From positions 51,646,001 to 51,710,000 of the forward strand of contig NC_042999.1 in the NCBI RefSeq assembly GCF_006345805.1: 64,000 nucleotides of DNA. Reading direction: 5' to 3'. Each line of letters opens with the position of its first letter. Within the stretch, counting starts at the first letter, position 1. Made by a program: the position numbers and the translations under genes. Below, piece after piece: positions 25,097 to 39,364 of the stretch. This stretch comes from Octopus sinensis (Eukaryota). The notes under the pieces were generated by a model. It was not told where the DNA came from. It ran no database searches and saw only the letters and a program-made list of their open reading frames with translations.

Positions 25097-25305
25097 TAAT
25101 AATAATAATACAACAACAACAACAACAACATAGAAAAATACCTTAGGAATGAGAACCCAGGTTTAAAATTTCCCCAAGACACCTGATGAAGAAAGAAGGG
25201 TATATCAGCCGAAACGTTGTGTTAACAACAAACAAGATGAGGACAAATATCTGTCAAATGTAAATAATGTACATAATTCCTCATATTTTAAATATAGAAC
25301 TGTAT
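24956..25305 (+). mobile_element. tRNA-headed, hammerhead-tailed SINE-like element, right copy
   Basis: gcgggctacgaaccccaagagtccgagttcgattacaggc (B box), (GAT/AAT/AAC)n tract, then a tail with CTGATGA..CAGCC-GAAACGTT-GTGTT. Confidence 0.8.
25178..25223 (+). ncRNA. Minimal type I hammerhead ribozyme; stem II damaged in this copy
   Basis: Stem I GACAC/GUGUU; CUGAUGA 25183-25189; GAAA 25211-25214; ACGU palindrome; GUU triplet. The 3' strand CAGCC is retained, and the sister copy keeps GACTG on the 5' strand. Confidence 0.7.
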
Positions 25306-25653
25306 TATCTACAGCTGTATCGGAATATATTTCGTGACAAGAAAACAACATGTTTTATCTCACAGCGTAGCGTCTTAGAAAAATGTAATTATCAACAACT
25401 TTGAGTTGACCTATATTTTGTGAGTGAAAATGGGTAGATGGAAACTGCAAAGAATCCAGTCGGATGAATTCTTCCTATAATTCCAGAATGCAAGATAAAT
25501 TGTCATCAATTATGTCACAACGATTTTAGTTGAGAACTGCGTTAAAGATACACATGTCTGCGGAATACTCAACCAGTTATAAGTTAATTCAATGAACAAA
25601 GAATTGAAATGATTGAACATCTGAATTCTTATCGTCGAAACCGACAGAGGTCA

Positions 25654-25728
<75 letters not shown>

Positions 25729-25791
25729 AATCTATCTATCTATCTATCTACCTAAAACCCATCCATCCATCCATCCATCCATCCATCCATC

Positions 25792-25856
<65 letters not shown>

Positions 25857-26801
25857 ACTAACTAACTAACTAACTATTCCTTCATGTATGTTTGTACATG
25901 TCTGTCTGTCTGTCTGTTTGTCTATATGAACATTGTATGGTCGGATGGTTAAGTAGTTCCCCACACAACACTGATGTCCCATGTTTGATTTTCATGTGTA
26001 TCATCTTGGTAATATGTTTGTTCTTATCACCTCAGTTTGTTCAATACCTTGTGGGTCAGATTATTCTGTGAATCCACTATAGGCTGCATCGTGTTCACGG
26101 CTTCAGTGACCCGTGATAAAGCCAGCTCACTCACTAGGGGAGGAGAGTTTGCTAGAAACCCATCAGGAGAAATATAAATCTTGTCAAAAGGCGGAGGAAC
26201 CCACTGTACGATCAACGTCTCTCTAGCAGCAAAGTACACAGTCATAGAAGTACTCAGCTTGGTGAAAAAGTGTACTCTAGGACTACTTAGTAATGGTTGA
26301 TCTCTAGGAGACAGAAACTCGGCATTTTACAGTTCCGTGTTTTGTGGGTTGTTTTGACTGATGAAAATCAATATGAGAGTTGGGAGAATCCCACCAATCA
26401 CGCTAATCCTTTCTTGTCACTCGGACAGAGTAACTGATACCCAGAGAAAGATATCCATGTTTGCGAAACCGTCTCTTACTATAATCGCTGTGAGGTACAT
26501 GTACTTTATGCTTCTCCTAATTTGTCCTACTCGCTGACTTGTGTTGTAAGCAAAGTCACAAACCCGAACGTTAAGCAGCAGGGATTTATGATAAACCATT
26601 TGCTTCGATCTTGATAGTTACAAGAGTTCGCTACAACTTCCTATAAATGAGCAGTTTTATATAAAGAGAGGAATGCTACCCAGTTATTGGAAGGAGATTT
26701 GGAAAGATGACCCCAAAAAGTGCCTGCTCAGTTTACTGCGACTGACAACTGTTTAAGTCAGTGGGTGCCAAAATACACACACACGCACACATACACACAC
26801 A

Positions 26802-26859
<58 letters not shown>

Positions 26860-29800
26860 TGTATATACACATACATACACAAGCGCACACAGACACATAC
26901 ACACAAATTTATCATTATCTCGCGAATGTATTTAACTTTCGCCCATGCTTTTTTATTAGGTTTCTCTGTTCAAATCGGCAGCTTGAAAAAATAGAAAAAG
27001 GTTGATAAAAGCAGTAAATATTTAAAATATTATTGTAGCAATTATAATTTTAGTGGTATAATATTGTAATATAGTGAAAGTCTCAACTGTATTTTATTTT
27101 AATGTTGATATAGTTTTGTAATTTTTTATTACGATAACTTACAGTAATCAGCTTATGTTATATTAAATAGATTTCGAATACATTTTAGCTCATTAACTTT
27201 ATTAGCTGTCAGCTTTCGACGTTAAGAAAGAAAAAATGGTAGTAAATATTTCCAAGAATATCTGAAATTTATTTTATTTCTTTGGTCATTAGTGAGATAA
27301 CTTGCATAGTATGTAAAGACATTTGGAATTGACGAAATGAAGTCTTCGAACATCATTGATAGAAGGATGAATTTTGGTAAGATAACCTTCAATAAAAATG
27401 CTAGACATTTTCAATTTGTTATGGAATCATTCTACGTCGATGTGATTTCTTAACTCACCATTTCATATAGGCATAGGAATAGGAAAGGAACCATCTTAAT
27501 GTCTACCCTTCAATGAGGAAAAAGAATGTCGCAGACGATGGGTGAGCAAGTGGCCATAGAGAAATCCATAGAAATCGTTGAGAAGAATAACTGTTATTCT
27601 CTTATGGTTATTCTTCATTAATGTACTGATGGAATAAAGCTGGTGGAAAGACGTTAGCTTCAGTTCAAGTTTTCTATTCAACTGAATAAGTCAATGCTTG
27701 GAACCTATAATATTCTAATATATTTGGAAGAATATTTAAGAAAATATATATTTCTTCTGAACCATATTCTAGCAGCTGCTTTAATGGTCCACTGGTCCGT
27801 TTTAGTAAGTATTGAGCTTTCCCAGTTTCCAACAGAAAACAAATTCTTAACATATAATGTACAGTGTGGTGTGCACCGATTGCATTAGAGGGAAACTTAA
27901 TGTTTTGAGAATATATATCAAGTCTATAACCAAGATAAAAGATAATCCATTCAGTTCTTGATCCTTTGCATACGCGTGACACCAAAAGAGGCTTCATACA
28001 TACTCCATTACATACTGGTGATAGTTGAACTTGTTATTGTGGTTTCCTAATGATGTGGACGCATGATAAATAGATGTCGACAGTGTGAGTCATCTGTTTA
28101 ATTATATGAGTTGTATTTTAAATTCAACGAAGTCTAAAAGCAATTGCCAAAGAAAAGTAATTAGTAGAATTCAAGTCTGAACTCTTAGCGTTTACGATTT
28201 CAAGTAAAAGTATGTTTATATGTTTCGTTTTTGGATTTGGTTTGCAAGATTCGTTATGTGAGTTCACACAACAGAATATGTTTATATGAATTTTTGTTTA
28301 TTAGTTGCAGCAATTTATTCTTCCTCAAAATTGTCATGACTGGAATTAGAAGCAAATGCAAATATTCGAGAAAACCTTAGTCCAAGAGACTTGAAGATGC
28401 TAAATTTCCTTTTGACCATATTGAAAATGTATCGATTCTCGATTGATTTGTTTCGCTAATCTCTTTTGAAATAAAAAAAAATGTGGGTGATACGTTTAAG
28501 TTCGGAGAGCAGTTGACTGAAATAAATGTGCATCTTGAGGAACAAAATTCTTTAAATATAACGACTTCTGGAGCATTGAAAGTCATTGCAGTCAGGGCAA
28601 CTGCTGACACACTTTTGTCGAAAATGGATATCCTTGGTTAAATAAGGTGTTAATAAAACGAAGAAACAGGGTTAACATCGATAAATGTGGAAAGGTAAAA
28701 CTGAAAATCACAACTTGCATCCCCCCCATTTGTTTTATTATATTCGATTAAATAGTATTTTATCATTTTTTTTTCATTAGTTATCTCTTCTACATTAGTA
28801 AAGTAATCTAATCGGATTTCATTTTCCTCTAAATAGTGTTTTGTATGTTTTCGTATCATTGAGTACACTATGCTCGGTAAGGTTTTATTGCTTTTTGAAA
28901 TAACTAACTAAAGAACTGCTTCATCAGAACTGGCCCTGGGTGAAACAACAGCAAGCCTTTTAACTCTTCAAGCTCTTCAAGCTCTTCAACTGATTACTTC
29001 CTCCCATCTTAAAGGTATTTGCTCCCATTACATTGGACAGCCTCATACAAAACATTCCTATTAGTTTCTTCTGATTCATATTCTAGACATCCCACAAATA
29101 ACAACTGTTTACAAGAGAGAAAGCCTCTGTTATTTGGTAAAAGTGATCGGTTCAGAAACTTTTGAATCTGTCGACCTCGTCTCAAACGGAACTATTATCA
29201 ACTACCCCAGCACTTTCCTATTCAAACTATAAATCACTCTCTCAATAAAACAGTTATGTAATCTTGGAGTTTAATGCTATGAGTTTAAAAGGTTTACGCA
29301 ATATATATACATTCATAAAATCACACATCTACTTTTAACAACGATAAAGTCAATTTATTATCCACGATAAAGTCAATTTATAAAGCAATTAAACTGATAG
29401 AAAACGGAAAATCACTTAATGAACAAATTTTTATCCACAAATATTTCAAATGTCAGAAATTAAAGGGAAATAATTTACCTTCCAGTGAGCTGGGAAAGCA
29501 AGGGACATTAAGAACTACATAAAGCTTATACTAAAAAAAAAAAATATTGTTTGATAATAATAATAATTAATTTGGGGAGAAGGATAGCAGTTTTGACGGA
29601 AGTTACTTTATTGACTCTGGTCGAATGAGAGGCGCAATGAGGTAGATGCAATTGTCATGTATTTTCATTTGTATTATTGGTTGATCGTACTTTATTACTG
29701 ATAGATATTGATAAACGAGTGATGCTTATGCACAGAAATATAGAAAATTTTCCATTTAAGTGCGAGTTTCTTAATGGGCTTAATCTTTCAGTGGGTTTAT

Positions 29801-30103
29801 AATCATTCTGCTTTTATAAAAATTAAAATGCATTTTCTCATTTTCTAATTTAATGATATCAGAATAAAGACTGAAACGTTTTGCAGGATCTCCGCTAAAA
29901 ATCATGGAATATTCCAAATGTCATGAAATTTCGTTAATATTTGTTCCTTTCTAAAATATTCTTTAGAATTGAGAATGGTTTCATATTCATCTTGAAATAC
30001 ACGTACTCACATACACAGGCACACGCGCGCACATACATGCACACACATTTACGCAAACACACCAGCACCAGTTGTCAAGCGGTAGTGGTGATCCAAACAC
30101 ACA

Positions 30104-30138
<35 letters not shown>

Positions 30139-30343
30139 TTTTCATTTCTCTTTTCTTTTGTTCCTTTTCCTTTTTTTTTATTTTTTGTTCTTTTTTTCCC
30201 TTTTACGATCCCTTTTGATCGAAAACCTACGCCACCTTTTTTTTTGTTTCCTTTGTTTTTTGTTTTTTTCATCCCCCAAAAGAAAAGCTCTACCTTGTAA
30301 CTTGTCCCATCTGTGTGCAGCCCTGTGTGGCCAATAAAGAAAC

Positions 30344-30422
<79 letters not shown>

Positions 30423-30469
30423 CCCATCCATCCATCCATCCATCCATCCATCCATCCATCCATCCATCC

Positions 30470-30502
<33 letters not shown>

Positions 30503-30523
30503 CCTACCTACCTACCTACCTAC

Positions 30524-30592
<69 letters not shown>

Positions 30593-30647
30593 AGTCTGTC
30601 TGTCTGTCTGTATGTATGTCTATCTATACATACATACATATATATAT

Positions 30648-30805
30648 ACGACGAGTTTCTTTCAGTTTCCACCTACCAGATCCCCCCACAAAGCTTTGTC
30701 GGCCCAAGGCAATAGTAGATGACATCTACTCAAGATTCCACGCAGTGGGACTGAACCAAGGACCATGTTGTTGGGAAGCAAACTTCTAACCACACAGCCA
30801 CACCT
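30648..30805 (-). mobile_element. SINE family A head
   Basis: Aligns by eye to 35115-35279. Confidence 0.85.
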
Positions 30806-30939
30806 ACACACACACATATAAATATGGATTTGGTATCAGTCTTTATTTAGTACAATGATCATTTCGACCCATTCCCTAACTCGACGGGCATATAACGACA
30901 TGACCACCTAAACTCAAGATCTTTAGCGAGACACCACTT

Positions 30940-31530
30940 TATGTATGGAAGTATGGAGGTTCCTTTAAAAAAAAAACTCTCCTGGAATAAATATGGAGAA
31001 TCTCCCTTGTTACTGAATACATACACAAACATCAAAACAAGGAATATTGGTGGAATATTCCCATCAAAATATCTGTCAAGTATAAGCAGAACAGGCCGGA
31101 TATTGTTGTTTGGAACAGACAAGAAAAAGTATGTACTGTCATAGAAGCCAGCTGCTCTGCTGATGTGAATGACTCTTTGAAAAAAAAAGCAAAATAGGGG
31201 ATAACGATGGATAATTGCTTCGAAACTTCCAGCATCTATATCCAGATTATAAATTCACATTTATACCAATAATAATTGGTGCAGTTGGTTTCGTGAGTAA
31301 ATGTTTATGGCAATTTAGATAAACTATGGTTTTCAGAAATAGGAATCAATCAACTGACTTGCACATTGCTAAATACAATCTGTAAGTGGAACAATAAAAC
31401 TATGCAAGCGTTTTCTCAAGTTTGAAATATGTCATTGTTTTCCTTATCTACATTACATGGATGGAGCTTTGTAACTCTGTTAAAACCAGGTGCTTTGGCA
31501 GCAGATTTCAAATAATTAAAAATCGAAGAG
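30940..31530 (+). mobile_element. RLE-type (Dong/R4-like) LINE 3' end, degenerate
   Basis: KEYWWNIPIKISVKYKQNRPDIVVWNRQEKVCTVIEASC and LRNFQHLYPDYKFTFIPIIIGAVGFV contain the PD..E endonuclease motif; related to 61645. Confidence 0.8.
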
Positions 31531-31586
31531 AACATACATACATACATGCATGCATACATACATACATACATACATACATACATACA

Positions 31587-31618
<32 letters not shown>

Positions 31619-32370
31619 CTTACATACATACATTTATACACATGCATATATACAGCATGGTGCCAACAACATCAGATGAGCATGCGTAGAGAGAGAGCCG
31701 TTTAAAAATGGCTTTTTGAACGTTTTCTTCAGCAATTATGTTGATTGATCAAGTCTAAATCAGTAACTGATCCATTTCTTCTGCAAGCAATAAGAGAAAC
31801 ACCTTTTGATCATCAACGTAGCGTTGCTCAGACTGCATTAAAAATATTTTTAAGATAGAAGTCATCAGTTAAGAGACTTATTGTCGCTGTTTAATCCCAG
31901 ATCAGTTATGATCCAGTATGCCTAGGGTCAAAGATATTCCAGTTATGATCATTCCGTCGCTTTAGCAGATATCCTAAAGTCGGTTGTGTATTCGAGAGAA
32001 ACTTAACTCCTATTTCGAGCGCAACGACTGTCTACACAGATCATTTCCTTGTTAGCTTTTAGAAGACAAATAAGGTAACTTGCTGCCAATGTTTGTGGAT
32101 GATTTTGGAGTTGAAACTCCATCTCCAGTAAGACGGAAGTGAGTTTCCCAAGTGAGAAGCGTTTAACATTGGGGCAAATACATGTTTTATGATTATCCAC
32201 CTAGATTAAACATATTAACTGCTTAAGAGCAGACTTTAGACCTCAAAGGAAAGATGACTCTGATATTGTATTTGTTTAGCAAGACTCATAATATGAATTC
32301 GTGTGTTGAAACAAAACCTTGTCATTATGCCAATAAAATTTAAACCAAACACATGCATTGTTTCAATACT

Positions 32371-32603
32371 TATTTCTTTACTACCCACAAGGGGCTAAAC
32401 ACAGAGAGGACAAACAAGAACAGACAAACGGATTAAGTCGATTATATCGACCCCAGTGCGTAATTAGTACTTGTTTAATCGACCCCGAAAAGGATGAAAG
32501 GCAAAGTCGACCTCGGTGGAATTTGAACTCAGAACGTAACGGCAGACAAAATACCACTAAGCATTTCGCCCGGCGTGCTAACGTTTCTACCAGCTCGCCG
32601 CCT
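32371..32603 (-). mobile_element. tRNA-derived SINE family C, full length
   Basis: Matches 42091-42322 and 58446-58680; probable TSD ttgtttcaatac at 32358-32369 and 32609-32620. Confidence 0.9.
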
Positions 32604-33453
32604 TAACGTTGTTTCAATACCATCCTAGACACAAGGTGACTCTTTTACTCTCAGATTTTACCTCCCAGAATTCCTGGAATTCAGGAAAATTAGCAAAGTT
32701 ATTACATCATTGTAGCATTTGTTTTGACTCCCGGTGCACAGATTTCAAAATTACTGTCCATTCTTCGCAGGTTGAGAAATAAGGGATCAATCGGTACTGG
32801 TACCAATTCTTAATTTTTTTTTCTCAGAATTGGTTGTAATCTACTGAAAAGTGCCATTGATTTATGCACCGAAAACTCTAGTTCTATTGCACGAAGCCTT
32901 TGGCAGAATCCGTGGAATCGGAAGCTAAGAAACAAAAGCAAAGTCTTTTGGTGACAATGAATCTGAATTCTGATACTCGTACTCTGAATTTTAAATGCTT
33001 GACACGCAGAGGAAAGAAATTGCTGTGGGGGCAGGGTTAAAGCAGCGTGACTGGAAACGGTAGAAAGTGTAGAAATTGTAAGAAACTGAAGACAGAAAGC
33101 AACGAAGAAGGAAAAAGATCGACTCAAGTTGTAACTTCTTTCGTTCTTTCTATGCCCACGATGCCTGGTGAGAGGATTAAAAGGGTAGTGATATAAACGC
33201 TATTTTCTTGGCCCCCTTTTAACATAGAGAAAGAGGGAAAGAGCGGGTGTATATGTGTGAGAAACAGAGAGGGAGAAAGAGGAGAGAGAGGGAGAGAGAG
33301 AGGAAATGGTGTCAGTACTCGGCTGATAATTTATCAACCCTTTTGTACGAAAATCAAAAGTGGCTTCGGTGAGATTTGAACTCAGAGCACCAGCATATCT
33401 AGGTATAACGATTTGACAAAGTGTTCCTTTTTATTCGTCGTTTTATAGCTTTA

Positions 33454-33910
33454 TTGGGTCATCCCATAAATAATGCGGTTTTTTATTTTTCAAAATTAAG
33501 ATAAAGTTCTTTTTTAATCTAAAATATACTCTCCTTCATTTTCTACAATGCTCTTCCATTTATCTGGTTGGTTTGCTAGACCCCTCTTCCAAAATTCGCT
33601 TGTCCATGACGAAAAATACTCCTCCAGTACTGTTCTGACCTCGTCTGCAGAATTCATATTTTCCCATCCAAATGATTTTGAAGACTGCGGAATAAATGAT
33701 AATCAGATGGGGCAATGTCCAATGAATAAGCTGGGTGGAGCATCGTTTCACATTTAAACTGCTCCAGCCTTTGGAATGGCATCCTCGGTGTATGCGACCG
33801 AGCATTTCCTGATGGAACAACATCTTTCGTCTTGAAATCAAAGATGGTCGTATTTCTTCTAGCGCTGGTGTCAATGAATAGTTGAATGACCAAATCCAAG
33901 TTTCTCTTCT
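33454..33910 (-). mobile_element. Mariner (DD34D) right-end fragment with transposase C-terminus
   Basis: LEEIRPSLISRRKMLFHQ/NARSHT..HPAYSLDIAPSDYHLFRSLQNHLDGK, with 34 residues between the D2 position and D3; TIR and TA at 33452. Confidence 0.9.
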
Positions 33911-34839
33911 AGTTCCTCAACACACACACACGCTCACACACACACTTACTAATCCCTATATTGATATATTGTCGAGAGATTGTCTGGAATATTCTTTCGT
34001 AATAAAAAAATTTTAAATGGGGAAGAAATTTAGGAAACCAGATGTCGGTGCTCTTAAAGAAATAATTACAAGAAAAGCTTAAATTTGTGTCGAGTCATTG
34101 TATATAGTATATGTGTGAATGTATGTAGCTGTATGTATCGGTCTAGGTACGTATGTATGTGTGTATGTATATGTATTTTGAGGTGAATGTGGGATTCTAA
34201 GAAATATTTTGAGAAAGAAACAAAAATATTAATGAAATTTAAAGACTTGTAGAATATTCCATGATGGTAAGCAGAGATGTTGTTTTTACTTTGTTCCAAT
34301 AGAATGACAACATCAATAGTGATCAGCGGTCTGACAGGTTTATAACGGCTTGGAATTATTAAAACGTACAACATGGCTGATATGACGTCATAGAAAACAT
34401 ACATATTGATGAGACTGTAGTAGTAGCAATGGTGGTGGTGGTTGTGGGAGTAGCAGTAATAGCAGTAAGCCTTTGTTACCACACAAAGAACATTGATCAT
34501 GTAGATAAATCACCGAAAAACAGAAGCGAAATTTTACTACAAAGAAAAAAAAATCACGTTAAAATTTTCTGTTGCCATAGCGACCGGAGTTTTCTCGTCA
34601 ATTGATAATTTCACTTGTGGAGAATAAATCTGTTATTAATCCTGGTTTCTTGTCAAGATTTATGTTTTGCTAGTTTGGGTGTTCTAAGATAAGAATTACC
34701 AGTAATAACTTAATTTATTATAGATTTCAAAGACAGGTTTGTTAGAGAATTAGGAAACTGAATTTATTGGCAACAGTAAAGGTGTTTGGAACTATTTCTT
34801 CCAAATTTTTCTTTGAACATTGAATTTAAAGATCTCAAA

Positions 34840-35064
34840 CTCTTTTACTCTCTCTCTTTTACTCTTTTACTTGTTTCAGTCATTTGACTGCGGCCATGCT
34901 GGAGCACTGCCTTTAGTCGAGCAAATCGACCCCGGGACTTATTCTTTGTAAGTCCAGCACTTATTCTATCGGTCTCTTTTGCCGAACCGCTAAGTGACGG
35001 GGACGTAAACACATCAGCATCGGTTGTCAAGCAATGCTAGGGGGACAAACACAGACACCCCCCC

Positions 35065-35103
<39 letters not shown>

Positions 35104-35279
35104 TATACATATATACGACAGGCTTCTTTCAGTTTCCGTCTACCAAATCCACTCACAAGGCTTTGGTCGGCCCGGGGCTATAGCAGAAGACACTTGCCCA
35201 AGATGCCACGCAGTGGGACTGAACCCGGAACCATGTGGTTGGTTAGCAAGCTACTTACCACATAGCCACTCCTGCGCCT
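34840..35279 (-). mobile_element. SINE family A, full length (tRNA head, TA tract, tail)
   Basis: Best-preserved copy in the window; head reads aggcgcaggagtggctatgtggtaagtagc..ggttccgggttcagtcccactg on the minus strand. Confidence 0.92.
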
Positions 35280-36433
35280 ACGTTAAAATATTTACAATTG
35301 CAAATATACCTTTTTTACGGAGAACTTTGCAATGATAAATGAGTTAATAAAGAAGTAAATTACGGCGATAATGTTGATTAGTGGAAATATTACGATGATT
35401 AGATTATATTTTAATAAATCATCTTATAGATAATTGTTTATGGGTGGTAATATTCCAGGTTAAGAACTCAGATGGTGTATTCTTCGTATGTGTTATTCTC
35501 TTTGGTTACCAGAGGGATATAAAATATGTACAAAACGGGCTCGAACCGTGGTCGCTAACACAGATTCTAATACTCTGTAGAATATTTTAGAGAATTCTTT
35601 ATCACTGCAAATACTAAGTTCCTGAAATTCGTCCCTTATCTAAATTCATAAAGGTCAGCAGCGAGAGTCGAATTTTATGTTTTTTCATTTCATTTTCAAC
35701 CAGACAAGGCATTTAAGGAAGAAATTCTCACATTTATCGGAGAAGGAGAGTTTCTGAAGGGGATTAGAAACAGAAACGATATGAAGAAATGACCACCACC
35801 TGCACTCGGTCTCCAGTTACAGATTAACGTAGACAGATTACACAAAGAAATAATGAATTTGTGTCTCCAGACGGTCGTAGTAATCCCTTCAAATAAACCA
35901 AACGTCTAAAGTATTTTGTCTGAAATAGCTTTTCGTTTGAGAAAATATTAAAAGGTTCAAAGACGATGGTTAGTAAATTGGTCACAAAAGTATGAATAAC
36001 TAGTCAGAGGGTGGTGACTATAATCAAACGCTTATTCCATGTCAAGATATCAGTGGTAGAAAACACCTCAGATTATCAAAATAAAGTAAAATAGTTTATT
36101 TCTTGAAGCATTTGGAATGTTTCCTTAAAAAAAGATGCAAATTTATTTAAAAAAAAGAAACAACTTTTTAAGAAAGAAACATTAAAGAAATGAAGAGTTG
36201 GGATTAATCAGTCGATAAAAGTAACTTTAAAAACAACGTTATTTTAAGGCCAACTTCACGTTTTCTAAGCATTTCTTATTCACCCCGAGTTTTCGTGCTT
36301 CACTGAACCTTATCTGCTTTCTAAAAAAAATCTTATTAAAGATATCTTTTATTAATACACACACACATACACACGCACACACTCACACACACACATACAC
36401 ACACACGCACACACACACACACACACACACACG

Positions 36434-36476
<43 letters not shown>

Positions 36477-37139
36477 TAGTTGGTGGAGCGATCTAGCTTG
36501 TACTTCAGGAAAGCAGGTTGCCAACTTTAATTATCACCGAAGTGTGTGTATTCCAAGTAGCAGAAGGATTGACATGTGTTTTACACTACTTGAACAAACC
36601 AATATCTACGATTATCTTCAATATCTCTCGGATGTAATCGACACCTTATCATGCAGAAATATTTGATTGGAACTGTGAGATCGATATCACTAAGAATTTC
36701 GATAAATTTAACGAAATTTAGAAATAAATGATTTTAAAACCTCTTGCAACGTGCTCTAATTATAAAAATCAATTAGATAAGATATAGATTGACATTTCCT
36801 ATTAGAACAGGAAGTGACATGAGGGTGATTTAGCTACTAGTTCTATATTAAAGAAACGGCGGAATAGATTGTACTAGTAAGTGGTTGTACTGTTATGCTA
36901 AATGTGATTTCACTGTCTTGGTTTCAAATTTCACTGAAAGCGATCAAATTGTTACTGAGGCTGTGTTTTAATAGCTATGAGTGAAGGATCAAATTCATTG
37001 AGTGATTTATAAACAAACCTTTCCACCGAGTTCAATGAAGTCAATGAGCATCAGTTTTGTATCTTATAGAATCCCAATAAAATAGATGTAGATCCCTTGT
37101 TAAATATCTATTTTACTCAGTCTCAAAGTTGGTGGGCAC

Positions 37140-37285
37140 AGGGCCTAGCTGCATGGTAAAGTCTTTTGTTTTTGCAACTATGTTGTTTAGAGTTCAGTTC
37201 CACTGCTTGCCATTCCACACAGGTGTCTTCAACCATAGTTGATCAAAGCTCCGAGAATGAAAAATGATAAACGGCAGAAACTGTG
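37140..37285 (+). mobile_element. Highly diverged SINE family A head
   Basis: gttcagttccactgc..caggtgtcttc..acggcagaaactg.gaggaagc resembles the family A consensus. Confidence 0.45.
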
Positions 37286-39149
37286 AGGAAGCAAGTCTAA
37301 AAGGTGGTTACTATTGTTGTATATTGTTGAATCAATCTGTCTCCTGGTTGAAGAACAGCCTTACTTCCTGGCTCTTGGGTGATTCAGACAACGTCACTCC
37401 ATTATAAAGATTAGTTCCAAATCTCTGATCAAGGGACCATTTCCTGCCATTTTGTAAATCCTGGAATTAGTCATCGCGACTTATTTGCCTCTTACGACTA
37501 AGATTCACAATAACTTTTGTTGGAATAAAAGAAATTTTTAGTATAATTTTCAGATGATAGCAATATAGATAAACAGTCTTGAAAATGTTTAAACATAGCG
37601 CTCTGAATGGAATGTTGTAAGATATTTTCTGAGTTAAAACAGCAAATATCAAAGCCGTATATTTATTTGTTTGAACTAGAAATAATGTTGGAAATTGTGT
37701 TAAGGATATCGGATGGGAATACAAAACACATTGATTCTAATATATTGCGTATTATTTAAAAATCTGTCTTCCTAAAGAAATATTTAATATTCTTGGCAAG
37801 ACCCAACAACATTGCTGTTTTATCATCGATCTATAGCAACAGGGATGTCTTAATTAGACAATAAACAACAACGAAAGAAATTAAAACGGAATATATACAG
37901 AAACATTGTTAATTAAATGAAGATTATTACCAGAAGTCTTGAAATAATTTCTAAATCAAATAAAGACCAAATTGGTTGGTTTTATTGCAGGTCAATCGTG
38001 GATCCGCCGACCAAGAGTCAAAAGCACTTCTTGCAACACTATATAGTCTGTGTCGTTTCTTTTTGAAGACGACAAGGCGTCATTAAAGAAGAGATAGCGA
38101 CTATGTCTAGGAGGTCAGGTGCCCCCTCCCACCTTCCACCATAGAAGACCTTAGTGTTATGTTGTGAACAATGAAATGATATTGTTATACGTGGAAGAAA
38201 ATATTTTATGTTTAAAACATAATGGCTTTAGTTCAGAAAAACAGACAAGAGTTGTGGCAAGAGAGATTTTAAAATGTTTGTTAAAGACGTTGTATGAGGA
38301 AGGCTGGTCACATTTGTAATCATTGGTGTTTGGAAGGAAGAAATATTGATGAAAATAGATATTGAAGTTGTTAGAAAGAGAACTGAAACACTCTGTGTCC
38401 GGCTTAATCTAATGATTGAATCACTGGAAATGAAACCTGTCGATTACATATATTTAGGCCCTGTTCGGAAGATGAAGAGTTCAAAAGCATCAGTAACGCA
38501 TATGTAATTTAGCAACTAATTTTCAAACAATTTAAAAATAGTTACTTTGTATAATTTTGAAACACATTGAAATGAAATTTATTAATCAAATATTGGATAA
38601 TTAGAATTAAAATAAGTTAATTTCGGAGTTCAGAGATTGGAAACATGTTTCCACACACAACAATATGATTTAGGTGTGGTTACCTTGAAGTTAATTATCA
38701 ATTGTATAACACTTCAACTACAAAGATTTTATTAAAAAATATTCTACCTTATAAGAGTAGAAGGGTTGGCAAGTTTATTGGTATTGGTTATTGCTTGAAA
38801 CTTGGGAATCTCTGAACAACGCAACAACTTTTAATAAAATCTGGTTTGGAACATGACCATAAAATAGACGTGTCATATTTAAAGCTGCTTCTGTAATTCC
38901 ATAATATCGATCATATGAACTAGGTACATGAGCACACGCAACTCTCGTGTGTGTTTGTAAGCTGCGTGTGTATGCGTGCATGTGCGTTATAGATGTGTAA
39001 GTGGATGGATACATGTTTGTGTAGCTGTATGCATATACGTGTGTATGCATATACATATATGAGTTCTGGTCACTTCAGAAATGTAACCGCATGTGGACTG
39101 TTGACGATTTTCCTTATTTTTCCTTATTTCTCTTTGGACTTTCCTCTTT

Positions 39150-39176
39150 CTGACAAGGAGATCTGCTAGAAACGTT
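39150..39176 (+). ncRNA. Degenerate minimal hammerhead remnant
   Basis: CTGACAAGGAGATCTGCTAGAAACGTT in the same repeat context as 17417; core G8, stem I and stem II are damaged. Confidence 0.35.
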
Positions 39177-39288
39177 AGCAACTACTCTTTCCCTTCATCG
39201 AACGTCTAATTAATATATTTCTTGTGCACGTCCTCACGTTCATTTTTTCTTTTATCTTTGTTTTTTAATTGTTTGTTTATTTGAATTA

Positions 39289-39362
<74 letters not shown>

Positions 39363-39364
<2 letters not shown>

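Noticed and set aside
27309-27381. Micro-exon (ag|TATGTA...TTTTG|gtaaga)
   Set aside because: The donor is good but the acceptor is weak and no partner exons were found; within chance expectation.
28377-28868. Protein-coding exon(s) from two minus-strand ORFs
   Set aside because: No recognisable domain, stops in both orientations, and no coherent splice sites.
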